Assembly: GCA_037379345.1 (NCBI GenBank)
Contig: CM074516.1
Coordinates: forward strand, 20,460,001-20,524,000
Reading direction: 5' to 3'
Length of the DNA: 64,000 nt
Origin: Perna viridis
Taxonomy: Eukaryota
Shown: positions 51,561 to 64,000 of the stretch, one piece after another
Layout of the letters: each line of letters begins with the position of its first letter
Position numbering within the stretch: the first letter of the stretch is position 1
Notes under the pieces: generated by a model
Database searches by the model: none
Seen by the model: only the letters and a program-made list of their open reading frames with translations
What the model was told of the DNA's origin: nothing
Made by a program: the position numbers and the translations under genes

Positions 51561-53974
51561 TTAATTTGATAATCCTGTGCAAACGTATACTTCTGTAATC
51601 CTCGGTATATTACAGTTGCCTTATTATGCATATTACACATTTTTCTTAATAACTAGTCATCTTCTCGTGTGAAAAAAAACAATTATTTCTTGGATACACA
51701 CAATTCGAAACTACTCGGCCTTTCTCATTACACAAAATACACGTCGAGTAGAGGAAATTGTCGAGTAGTTCTGATTGGGATGCACATGAGCTGTTCGGTT
51801 GGGCAGAGAGGATTACATTTTCGCCAAATCAAATCTGAAAAAAAACGTAACTGATTGATATATTTTAAATGAAAATGTCAGACAAGGTTGAAATTGTGTA
51901 ATTTTTATAGCAATTTTTGTGAGCAAGCAAACCTAAGAGGTATGCTCAGCTAGTGATTCGTTTTAAGCTCAAACCTGTGTTACAATTTAGGCTCACCCAA
52001 ACTACTGATTCGGACAACGGCTTAGTATTGAAAAGAACATTATTTCAGATGAGAAGCGATTTTTTGTCGTCTCTGAAAAAAAGCTGAAATTTATTTACTA
52101 ATCCAGCATGACAAAATTGACACATGACAATACCACTGTTCATTTTATATTAGTGTATTCGACTAGGACGATTCACTCTGTAGATTAAACCTCTCCAACT
52201 AAAATGAGCCTCAAGTTTCCGAAGCTCCACGCAGCGGTAGACGTTCGTTTCCTCTCTTACTAGAGTGAATTCGAAACATCAGGCGCTGTTCGATGCATGC
52301 AAGTTTCTAGTTCTATCTTGATTGCTTTGAATTCCTGTTTCATTGGTGTCTATTCGGTGGTATAAGCTATTAACTATGTGTGCCCTTGCATCTACAAATC
52401 TAATATCGTTTTATGTATTTTTTTTTCTCAATATATTCAAAATAGATTTCGACCAAGGCTCTCCAAAATGTAATATCTGACAGAACTGGTTTCAGGTATG
52501 GAAAGTTCTATCTAAAATTACATTAATTGACAGATTGTAGACCTAAGATTTAATGCAAAGTGTTAACTTAAGTGTCAAGTAAACTTTTAGAATTTAAAAA
52601 TCTTTTAATTGCAAAATAAAGAAATATTAACATACAGATAAATCTCTATTCATGACAGGACAAAAAAAATTGAATGCCAAAAACGATTTATACGTTTCCA
52701 AATCAAACAAAAGAAAATTTCGTTTAATGAGGAGATCATTTTTCAGCCATGCCAACAAATTAAACTTCGAATATCTTTAGGTTAAACGATCTTGTCTCAG
52801 ATTTATCTACAGTCTGGCAAAGTGGTATTATTTCAGAGCCGGTAAGACCGTTGACAACAAAAGGTAGCTCAATTTACGTATGAAGTTTCGATGCGAGTTA
52901 TATATATATATAACGATTTCTCCACTCGAGATAGTTTAATTTTTTATTTCAACCCACGAGCTTCAGCGACTGGATTACTATCGAGAATGGAGAAATTTTG
53001 TAATCGCCGAGAGCACTGGATAAGAATCTGTTTTTCCCATAAAATCTGTAGAAAATTCTGAAATGTAAAATGGCAGACAAACTCTCGCCCGGTAGTAAAA
53101 AAGGCACGTGCATTTTTTTTTTTTTTTAGGAGGGTGTCTCCTCTTATTTTGTTGTGTATTAATTTGTTTCCTTTATGTCTTTCCGTTGGGGAGGATTTTT
53201 TCCAAAACAGTTTTAAATCGACAAGCTCCACCTGGTGGTAACTAACACAGACGCTAGGCTATAGATTACCATTGATTGTGGATTATATAGTTCGGACTGC
53301 TATTCAGTGTCATACCACGGTCGATGGTATTGTAAACGCGCGGTCTGAGAAATGTAAATTTTCATTTAAAAAGCCATACCCGATAATGATATATCTGTAG
53401 TGTATAGTATGTTTATGTCAACAAGGCATATGAATTACTTTTTGAAATAGTTCGTTTGCATTAAAGTTAGCATTAACGTACGATAATGAGAAAATTATTA
53501 TAACCAACTTTCTCAATAACAGTTTCCCAAAGGGTAAATACATTCTCTTTCCATGTGAGACAATTATGACGGAAGATGACATTGTGCTTTTGGTGTGTTG
53601 ATTCTGTGTCAGAAGTCGTGATTTTATTGTCGTCTATGTTTTATTTAAATCCATTCTATAGAATCGATGCTAAATGATAAAGCAATTGCACAAACTTACG
53701 GATATGACAGTCTTTATTTCTCTTGACAGAAAATTAAGTTCATAAAATATGTAGAGATGTTTGCTTCGTGGCCTGTGTGAAATGCATAGCATGAAATAAT
53801 GAAAAGATATATACGCGTCAAACCGTGTTGAAAAAAAATGTACATGTATTACAAGCTTCTCCGTAGTGTTAAAATACAAGTACAGTTTCATCTTTTATCA
53901 CAACCCTTCTTGTTTTATTACAAATCTAACACCACCATACTGTAGTAAGAATCTGATTTCTTTTATGCGATTAA

Positions 53975-54192
53975 AGAGGTAGACCTAGGGTAAGGGACAT
54001 AACTCATTAAATAAGTGATAAGTTTGTATTACATGTATATTCAATTTCACCAAAGCCTCTCAAGCTTTTGTTTGAAGCAGCATAAAATTAATCCATGTTA
54101 ATTAGATGCTTACATAGGATTGATGTAAAATGTTGAATACAAACGTTTGAATGATTTTTAAGAGTTGTGTCTCTTACCCTAGGTCTACCTCC
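53975..54192. mobile_element. MITE with ~31-bp TIRs and TTAA TSD (Kolobok-like non-autonomous element)
   Basis: ttaa|agaggtagacctagggtaagggacataactc ... gagttgtgtctcttaccctaggtctacctcc|ttaa, with RR..YY termini. Confidence 0.85.
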
Positions 54193-55324
54193 TTAAATTA
54201 GGTTGCCAGTGTTGTAGTGTCTGTTGATTTACCAGAATACCGGTATAATGTGTTAACCTAGCTTTATTCAAGACTTTGCAACCTACTTTCGCGGCCATTA
54301 TAGTACTAGACATAATGAGGGTACTAGATCATTGTAAATTTTATTGGACTGAAGTTTCTGTCTTTATAAAGATATCAACACTTTCGGGTATCATCAAGGA
54401 TTATGGAAAGATGTATTCTATCTCGTTCTTTGTTTAAACAGCTTAAAACTCACTTTACAAATTAATAAAGCAACTAATTTGAACACTGAAACTTGATAAT
54501 GATAATAAAATGATTACTTTATCAATCTTAACATTCCTTTATATCTTAGTTTTCCATTTAAATTTATTGAATTAAAAATTACCTACATGCAGTTGCCAAA
54601 CAACGGCCGTGTTTTACTAAGTAGTAATACTAGACTTATCCATATCAACGTAAAGATTATTATTCATTCTAAATATCTGCACATATGTTTTATTTCATTT
54701 TTACTTGCAACTCATATATTTTATGTAATTCGTGAGAAATGCAGTGTCATGGTTCGTTACATATCAATATTTGTTAATGCTACTTACATGTATGCATATC
54801 TGATAGCAGAATATTATTTGATAGGTTCAAGTGCATCAAAACTCTTGAGTGTGTTTTTTTTTAAATCGTATAATAGAAGTATAATCGTTTGTATGAAATT
54901 TACACAAAACACGCTATCAATAAAGGTCTAAAACTGGTATTTTGTTACTGGTAGGTCTCAAGTTTTCTTTTATTCAGCACAATATTTAGAGCAGATTGCA
55001 TATGTTTTTTTGGGGTTTTTTTGTGCTTTAAACTTACTTTGTTGTTTCTCATTTACATTTGTCATAATTCGTGTAGTTTACATTCGGTGATCTTTTGGTG
55101 AATGTGTTGTCTGTTACGCGATGTCTGTGTCTAACATTGCTGTCCATCAGTTATACATGTTGTCCGTCTCTAACATTTCTGTCCCTCGGTCATACATGGT
55201 GTCCATCTATTACGTAATTGTTACATACGGCGTTTTTTTTTAGATGTGCTGTCCAATTGTTACACATGATATACAGTAATTATATGATAAGCGTTATCTA
55301 CAAGTAACATGTGTTTGCAATATG

Positions 55325-55560
55325 TTACACATGATATTATATTGTATATGTACATGATGTACAGATAGTACATGTGCCGTCCGTTCGTAAGATGTGGTGG
55401 TCGTACGTTACATATGTTGTATACACACATGATGTACAGATAGTACATGTGCTGTCCGTTCGTTAGGTGTGGTGGTTGTAGTTACATATGTTGTATATGC
55501 AAATGATGTACAGTTACATGTAGTACTTCTGTTGTCCGTCCGTTAGACGTGGTGGTCTTA
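55325..55560. repeat. ~75-bp tandem repeat, about 3 copies
   Basis: atgatgtacag...gtccgt(t/c)cgt...gtggtggt at ~55353, 55428 and 55502. Confidence 0.85.
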
Positions 55561-56811
55561 CGTGCGCCTATAAGGAAGTCTGTAATTTATTCTACAATCA
55601 TAATTGCCCGAAGCCGAATGTAGTGCCTTGACTGGTTTTGTTCAAGCGTGTTCATGTCTTTTAAAGAGGGATTGACATCAGTTCTATGCTACGGAATAGA
55701 TCGCGAGGAATGCCTTATAAAACACAACTGAGATATAAACATTTAATGCACATCAAAGTATTCGAGGAGGTCCTTTAAAGAATATTAATTTATTGAAAAA
55801 AAAAAAGAAAAGTCGTCATTCTTTGAGCTATGCTTCAATAAATTGCATTAACTTCAATCAAATAAAATCGAACCTATTACAAATTAAATTTCATGCACGG
55901 TTTTAATCATACACTTTAATATATATAAGTACTTATATTCATGATAAGACAGGCAGAACTCGTTTTTTGACAAATTGTTTTGTTGAACTTTTTAATTAAT
56001 GTAAGAAAAAAAGAAATTCTATTATCTTTCACAAAGAGGTTGCATAAGATCTCGGGTCCTTTTTGGTGTCTGTTATTAAATTGCTATCTTGGCGAGGGTG
56101 CAAGGCCGAGTATATCAACAAATATTTGTTGTGTTGACAGCCGATGAATACGATTTTAAATGAGGGGCTTATTTCTTATGAATAACTAATTGAGTTTAAC
56201 AAGACGGTCTTTAAGCTTTGTTATGTTATGTGAAGTACTGCAGCATTATAATAACTTGAGCAGCTTGCTGCAAATTCAAATTAAGGAGTTAATCCGGAGC
56301 TTTTAAAAAGTATCGAATGTCTGTTTGACAGAAAGTTTTAATTCGGTAATCGTTAAAGGTAGAGATTGGGTTAAATGTGTGAAACTTGACCTTCAGGAGT
56401 TCTCACAGGGAGACATTTTCATGGTTTTAAGTTTACAAAGGAAAATATGGAACCGTATATGTGTCATGTCTTTGACTAGCGAGATCAAACAATTATGTGT
56501 CATTGCGTCTCATCCTTTACTCATGAAATTTCAAAATTTAAAATTTGATTCATGTATTTCCATTTCGTCTGACGAGTCTAACCTTGGCGAGGTATCACGG
56601 ATATTTTTTCTGTGCTTAACTTAAACCTTGCAAATAAAATTTTTAAGATTGTAATATCACTGTAATAACTTTAGTAATTGCTATTATGAAGCCCTTTTCG
56701 ACCGATATGACGTGTCTATTGCTCTCTTCATAGGGGACTTTGTTCCTGTATATAACTGCAGAATACATAGGCATTTAACCGATGGTGATTATAGTCATAC
56801 AAAGAACACAA

Positions 56812-57045
56812 ACCCTACCCCGGTGCATTAGGTCCATATGATTTTAAACTTTGGTGGGATCAGGGTACTCACTTTTATTCAGTTCTCTGTGTCCTCTACG
56901 GTAACAGTACAAAAGACAATGCAACTGAATGTACACGCGTAAAAATGAGCACGTCGAACCCCATTAAAACCCAGAGGTAAACTCAGACTCTTCGGAGGGA
57001 TGATCAATACATGCTTCTTTCAAGACACATGTCCTGCTGCTCGTT
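56812..57045. mobile_element. Two converging diverged relatives of the PLE 3' element (56812-56890 +, 56943-57045 -)
   Basis: accctaccccggtgcattaggtccat on the + strand and aaatgagcacgtcgaaccccattaaaacccagagg (reverse copy) resemble the family motif. Confidence 0.55.
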
Positions 57046-57545
57046 GAAAGTTAGATCTTGTGAAAGCGGTGAAATTCTATGACAGATGGGGTTGTTTATC
57101 ATACCCGTCCGGAAATTAATACTTCTTCTGGTAAATCAGGTCATGGTGACGACAGCAGACTTTTATATCGAAATTCTTCACACTTGATACAGCCAGTTTA
57201 TATCTTTGGCGTTTTTTTAAACGGTTTTTCTTCAGAAGACTGGCCCAAGCGCCACAAAACTTTAAACAATTTTTAAAAGTCTAAGAAAATTCTTAACTTG
57301 CATGACAAATTTAATCAAACCCTTTGAACTTAACTTGATGACGTCTCAAACAGTAACGGATTTCTCTAGCTTAAGCAATATTTTTAAGTTTTGTATCAGT
57401 GGGGCCTTGTCACTCACTTTTGCATCTACAAAAATGTATATACATCTGGAAATTGGTACCAACATAACTGTTTTAGACATACCCGGGCTGCTTTTTTTTC
57501 TTGGTGGTTAAACAACCGTGTTTTCTTGGTTCGTTAATTGTGTTG

Positions 57546-57652
57546 TTTCATTGGTTCGTTGATTGCGTAGCGTTTTTAAGGGTCGTTGAATGCGTTGCGT
57601 TTCATTGGTTCGTTGATTGTGTAGCGTTTCTAAGGGCCATTGAATGCGTTGC
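57546..57652. repeat. 54-bp tandem duplication
   Basis: tttcattggttcgttgattg...ttgaatgcgttgc at 57546 and 57600. Confidence 0.9.
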
Positions 57653-60600
57653 TTTTCTTTTGTTAATTGAGAAGAAGTCAGATCCGAGTCAGCTCTTTTC
57701 ATTACCCAATAGTCGATGTCGGTAAGTAGAATAGAGCCTTTGTTGTTTCACGTGAATGTTCGTATGTAAAACCACTGAAAATGGAATTCGAAAACAAAAC
57801 AAAAGTTTGAAGCTCTAAACGTCAATTGAAAAAGGCTTGAAAGGTTCAAGTAAAGAAAACAGGTAAAAGAGCGATTTCGTGTTGTATTTCTCAAGAGTCT
57901 TGAAATCACAAATATTGTCTAAACACTTCAAGTTTACAAAAATTTAAGTTAAAATACTTAAAGGGCCAAAATCTATTTCCATTTTCTTAAAATATCGATA
58001 CGCTTTTAAATTTAAACAACAATTAAGAAGAACTGCTTCCATTAAATATTTTTAATTCGGAGACATAATCGCGTGTCAGCCCATTGTATGAATCGTCCAA
58101 ATTGGTCCAAAAGAGGGTTTTAATGACCAATTATGTCTTTATATCAGTTTTTCTGAAATCATGATGAAAGTTTGTGCCGACCGGGATCGGCGATCAATTA
58201 GCTTTCTAGTGAACATCAAAAAGTAATTAAAGAAAATGACAAAATCAATTTATATTTATAATCTGAACAGCATCCAAATTGTTATGTCATTATACTGTTT
58301 TTCTACATGGTTCTTACTTCATGGAAAGGCGTTATGTCACGTCGTGTTTTACACAAGGAAGAGCTGAGTTTTATGTGCATTTATGCGGAGATCAAAGATC
58401 TGCAAGACGGATACAAATTTGAAGTTTGTGGAGGCATGCAAGATTTCATTTTTTTGGGAGGGTAGTGTTTTACGGGTTACTCGTTTTTATTTAGTTTTCT
58501 GTCTCTATGTCTTATCCTTTGTGTATTATATGATGTATTTCAGTGTTTGTATTCATGATTCCTTTTTCTTTCGATATTTCGATATTTTACATTACTCTTA
58601 TCATGGTTAACCATTTTTTTCGTCTGTGCACACAACGAACTAACGGATGCTGCACATACTGGGTACTTAGTGTGCAAATAAATGGCGTTTTAAAAACAAA
58701 TGTTCGTTCGTATGAAGCTATACAGATCGTATAAGAATATCAATATAAAAATACTTGAAACAAGTCTAAAATAAACAGTGTATATGTTTTCATAGACCCT
58801 GAAATATACAAATGTACAAAGTTGATAGATCTATGCTAAAGTGTTTACTGTATAAAAAAATATCTCTATCTAGCAAACAATAATAAACCAATAATCAGCG
58901 GATAACGGGTCATTTTAATATGTTTTAGTTTCATAGCCACTAATGATTTTTAAATGTATTAAAAATTGAACTGCATCTTCTATATTAAACGGAAACTGTA
59001 GTAAAAGTTGTTCTATTCCATGTTTGGCTTTCCTACACGTTTAACTTATTTTATCAAATATCGTATTGTATTTGATGGTCTTTTATCACGACATTGGTTG
59101 GAAAAAATAATTGGAATAATGGATACACCTTAAAGAGAAGTAATGTTATGAAAAGTCCGTTATCAAACAGAATATAAATAAATATTGTAAACTCTCATTA
59201 TTTTAGCAAAATTGGAAGCAAACCTTTAGAAGGTTCAAGATCTGGAAATTAATTGTATTCATTACCAAGAAGTATTAAAAACAAAAAATATCGAAAACTT
59301 AAGCTTTAAAGATGTCAAAATCCCAGCACCGACAAGTGTTTCCATATGTAATACAAGGCATGAAGCCTCGGTGTAAAAGTGAACGAGGGACATCGTCTTC
59401 CCTTCAAAACATAATAGGATGCGCTAAGTAGTAAGTTCCTCCAACGAAATCTACAAAACTTATTTAAAAAACACTGAATTATTTGGTTAACAATGCGCAA
59501 GTACTATCACCACAGAACAAGTCACGTGACACATAAACATGCAGGGCACGACAAAAGCAAAACATTTACATGTACAGGTTGATAAGTCTCATTACACCGA
59601 ATTACCTATCAGCATTTCTTGCTTAAACGATTGAACAAATTAAAACCTATATTTTTCCTGTGGATGATAACTTGAACTAGTAATTTCGATAGAACTATTT
59701 TCCGCGGGGTGTTTACAGGTTTTACCAATCTCTCGGCTTGGGAGACAGCTCTTTCGATTCCGATTTTCGATCTTAAAAACATAAGCATGACTGTAATAAC
59801 ACTGTTCCTGGTGAGATAATGTTTGGAGATATACAGTTAATTCAGCGGGATAGTAAACAGGATCTACCCCCTTCTGTGTACAATCAGATATTAAAGAAAC
59901 ATTAAAGCAAAAACGTTATTTGAATGCGCGCGCATTCGATTTATATTAAAGAATAGTGAAAAACTAACAACGAGACAAGAGACCTATTTTTTATCAATCA
60001 TGGTTAAATCACAACTTTGTCACTAAGCAAGACGCACACTATGTGTTGAATAAAACATAAATGACAAAAAATAAAAACTGTCCTGACCAATGCAAAATAC
60101 ATTTGTAAAGACAAAATGAGGACAAGACTAAGTGTACATGTACGTCTAAGCTGACTCCTGGCTTGAAGTAAGGAATGCGCAATGAATGCTTATCTATACT
60201 ACTAAAGAAAGAGACTGATTTCTTTGAGCATTATCTCCTCTGAAACCATACAAGGTCGAATATATTTGTGATATGAAGTATAAATTTAGCGTTGTGTACT
60301 TCCTAAATTTGTCTTTGAAACAATCTTTTTTCTATGGAAAACGTGATTTGTTTGGGAAAATATCAAAATTCGAAGACCGTCATATGTCCGTGTGTTTTAA
60401 TACACTTTCGCGTATGCTCAATTAAACTACATCCACCATTTTTCTGGGGTGCAAAACTGTCCAGGCATGGGAAGTCGTAGAAAGTGTCGAAACAAATCTT
60501 CTCCTTCTATGTGTAAACATGCATGTGCGCCCGAAGTCCGGACTCCTTTTTAAGTGTAAACTGGCATGACTGGTAATCCCCCCTACCCATTGTTTGAGTA

Positions 60601-62433
60601 ATTTATGAATTTATTATCCACATTTTAACTGGGTGGAGCTGAACTTTCAGAAAATTAATAGATGTTCAACCCAGCCCCCTTTCCCTCCCACTCCACCCAG
60701 TGGTAGAGTCAAAAAGAAAACCAAGTCCCCCTGAAAGGTTAATGCTCAACTCCTCTTTAACCACTAAAGCAATTTGATCATTTGAACATCTTTAACGTAT
60801 TGTAGATAATTGTAGATCTTTTACAACGATTACTCATTTGCTTCATCCTCTATTATTGTCTAAACTTTTGCAATGAAATCAGAATACTAAAATTAGGAAA
60901 TGTTACATGGTACATATATCTCTGCTGTAACCAGAGTCAACTTTACGGATTTTGTGCAGTTCCGTTGTCTTTTATGTGACCAGAGTCAAATGGACTGGCC
61001 TTCCTTGTCTCTTTAAGACGATTGTTTAACTTTAAATGATCAACATAACTAGTAAGAATATATGTTCTTAATACTGATAACAACGAGTAATTCATTAAGA
61101 CAATATACTGCCCTTTTGGTCACTGGGTTTAATTGTAAAATTACAATGAACGAGATTCTATCTTAATGACAAGTTGAAGTATTTTATCAGATTTTCGCCA
61201 ATTGTAATTTTCGTGTTATTAAGAAAAGATTTAACCCTAGCGATCTTACAACATTGCAGTGGTTTTGTTTCGTAATTTAAATCGGTGCTCTAAACTTGTA
61301 GCAGGTTGTTGTAGGTTAATGGCAAATCAAACCTCATCTTTGAACGGTGACGATTTTTGATTATGCATAATTGCTTCTAAGCTATTTTTGGACACATTAT
61401 GCATGTAAATGGATTTTTAAAACCAAACAGATTTTTTTTCTATCATTTATTGCCATTAGAGTACATTGTATTAAAATAGGTGATTTTTAATTTCAGACCT
61501 AATTTGAAATAGATGTTATCTAAACTATCGAATAATCAAATCCCATTATAAAGCAATAAATGATTTGTAAATGTATTCCGAAATAACAGACTGTTGTGAT
61601 GCACAGCCTCTTACAACAACACTTCTCGCAAAATGAGCGATTTCTACACGTAAGCATAATTCCACGAAACATTTTTTTTTCTTTTTTTCAAAAATGGAAC
61701 AATCGTGCAAAAATTAATTTAAATGGTGGGTCGTGAATTTGGAGTTACAGGTCATAGGTCGCTATTCATGCCACATAAACCTTTTTAATGCGGATGTTCA
61801 TATTGTCATGTTTTGTTAACTACGTGTGTTACCCAAATCGATGTGCATTGATCCCCCCTTTCTTTACCAAAGTCATCCAACGCTTTGCCAATTTCTGTAA
61901 AGGCGCACGGCGATAAGACTCACATACATTTATTTGATACTCAAAACACAATATTCAGTGTTAGTTGTCCCGTATTTACCGTAAATATACGTAGGACAAC
62001 ACTGCGTTTTGGAAGAGCTAGTCATTTCCTTACATGACAGACTTACCTTTTTTTACCTTCAGGTTTTATGGAAGGCATATGGCAGTTCTCAAACCTAAAC
62101 AACTCAAATCGCCTCACTGTGTTCGCTCGTGCGGTAGGCTTTTTATGAGGTGTTGTTCATGCGTGACTGTATCTACACATCAAGTCGTGAAATGCCTAAA
62201 CGCATTTGAAAATTCGTTCATTAAGTCATTTTTGGTCATTCTGTTTAGTTGATATTTATAAAGGTGTTCACGCGAAAAAGAAATGCTTTTTGCAGGACCA
62301 ATGTCAATTCATTTATGAATACAAGTCTTGCTTTTTGTCCATCGGTTTGAATTTTTAGAAATGAATTAAGAAGGATAACATTGACATTTTCAAGACGTAC
62401 TCAAATTGAAGAATCTTTTTGGGTTAATTGATT

Positions 62434-62449
62434 GGCTCTTATAAGAGCC
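62434..62449. promoter_or_regulatory. Perfect 16-bp palindrome with central TATA, overlapping a CCAAT box
   Basis: ggctcttataagagcc equals its own reverse complement; ATTGG at 62431-62435. The function is inferred only. Confidence 0.3.
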
Positions 62450-62485
62450 GTTGTGTAACAGAAATGGGTACAGCTGTGCATTAAT

Positions 62486-62821
62486 CTATTCTTCGCCATC
62501 AGAGTAATCCGATTCCGATTCGGCGTCTGAGCTGTCCGTATCCGAATCTCCTCCATACAGCTTCTTTCTCAGGTCGTTGATATGAAGCTGCTTGGCTCGG
62601 GTATATTCATAATAAAGGTTGATAAATCCTTCAACCGTGACGATTCTCATACGGAGAGGGTACCTCATTGACCTCCGATTGGCTTTAATGGCACCATGGT
62701 ACCTCTTCTTTAGCCCCTCAAGTCTATCGTAAAGGAGAATCATCTGATCACAGGCAAGGCGGATGGATTTTTCGGCGGCTTTCAAGTCGCCATACAATAC
62801 ATGTTCTTCTACCGTCTTCAT
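62486..62821 (-). CDS. Uncharacterised 111-aa helical protein with acidic Asp/Glu/Ser tail, possibly from a mobile element or virus
   Basis: Intact ORF, GC-richer than its flanks, good Kozak context (gtcaccATG), TATATA at ~62978-62985 upstream, protein-like composition. Confidence 0.7.
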   Translation of the reverse strand: MKTVEEHVLYGDLKAAEKSIRLACDQMILLYDRLEGLKKRYHGAIKANRRSMRYPLRMRIVTVEGFINLYYEYTRAKQLHINDLRKKLYGGDSDTDSSDAESESDYSDGEE

Positions 62822-64000
62822 GGTGACAAGGATTGAACATACAGTATCACGCGAGTATGAATTATGTACAGAAACAAGACAACACTTGATTTCGGTAAAC
62901 TTTTGTTAATGGATATGGCTTTTGCTTGTCCGGTTTTCGGAGCAAACATTTGTGATTTGATTAATTCTATCAATGTCTATATATACTAATGTCAGATGAT
63001 CAATGTTCATTGATTAAAATCAGAAATATTTAAAAAATAATTTTTCAATATGTTTTATTGTTTGCAGTTAACCTGCAGCAGAAGATGGCAACTTGATATC
63101 CGGTCATGCATTGTCCTCAGGGGGAAGTAATACTTAACTCGGGGATTTCATTCAATAATGATTTATAACATTTAAAAAATAATTGACATTATTCTCATTT
63201 TAGCCCCGAGTCTTGAGCAAACATACAAAAGAAATACAAAATTTTGGGGGATGTTTGATTTTATATGCTATAAATATTATATGTTCCATTTTGTACCATG
63301 TCAATTTCATTTGAAGTTAATATAATAGATTGAAAGTGTCAGTACATTAATTTTACGTTTTATATTGCTACTTGTACTTGTAAAATAAATGACAAAATTA
63401 GGACTTTTAAAATTAATACATGTTGAACACTAATTACAGTTAATGTACCTATACTTATTTATTTAATAATTACAGATTTTGATTTGATTTTATATCTAAA
63501 TCTAAATCTTAGGTATAAGGTTTGAATTTTTGGTGGCATGGTACATTTTTATGTTAGTCTGGCCAAAGAAAGATAACTCTTAATTTATCAAAACATTTCA
63601 TTTCCTTCACATGATTTTAAAAAGACTAATATTGTTCCTTTAATTGATTGCAATACTGAGTCAGATTTTAATTTTGATAATTAATTCTTAAAATTTTGAT
63701 ATTTTCAAATTTTATATTTCATTATGTATCGATTTCAAGGTTTTTTGCTCATATAATTCAATGAGACTAAGTGGTTTAATTCCGAATTAAATGTTAATTA
63801 ATTGATAAAAACACATTTACAGAGTTACTGTTATTCAATCTAATTGGTCATGTTTTGTTTTTTTTTATCATTGATTTAATTAAATTTCGCGGATTAATTA
63901 TCGCCCTTGTGTAAACAACCAAGTTTTGGCCGGCAGTGACATGTTTTATCTTGTTCATCAGAAACCATGTAAGTAAAATAAATTGACATTCAGTGTAATA

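Noticed and set aside
56569-56610. CTGACGA-gtc..ggc-GAGG hammerhead-like motif
   Set aside because: GAAA is replaced by GAGG and there is no stem I.

Overview
AT-rich eukaryotic genomic DNA, most likely from a bivalve mollusc (inferred from the repeat content: V-domain SINE, Penelope-like elements, TTAA- and TA-flanked MITEs). I see no prokaryotic features, rRNA/tRNA genes or CRISPR arrays. The window is dominated by one Penelope-like retroelement family of Naiad type, with a C-terminal RT and no downstream GIY-YIG domain. There are 15 copies: three with large RT fragments (18.7-20.1, 21.8-23.0 and 39.2-41.2 kb) and twelve short 3'-end fragments. Their 3' UTR carries a ~101-nt element closed by a 13-bp inverted repeat that can fold as a three-way junction, and most truncations and deletions fall in or at it. 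Three probable host genes: (1) a 3-exon, 72-aa single-pass membrane microprotein missed by the ORF track (8807-8870, 13812-13840, 24459-24584); (2) an intronless 589-aa low-complexity ORF (47432-49201); (3) an intronless 111-aa ORF with an acidic tail (62486-62821, minus strand). Most other ORF-track entries are spurious. Repeat boundaries are read by eye and family names come from recall, not searches.
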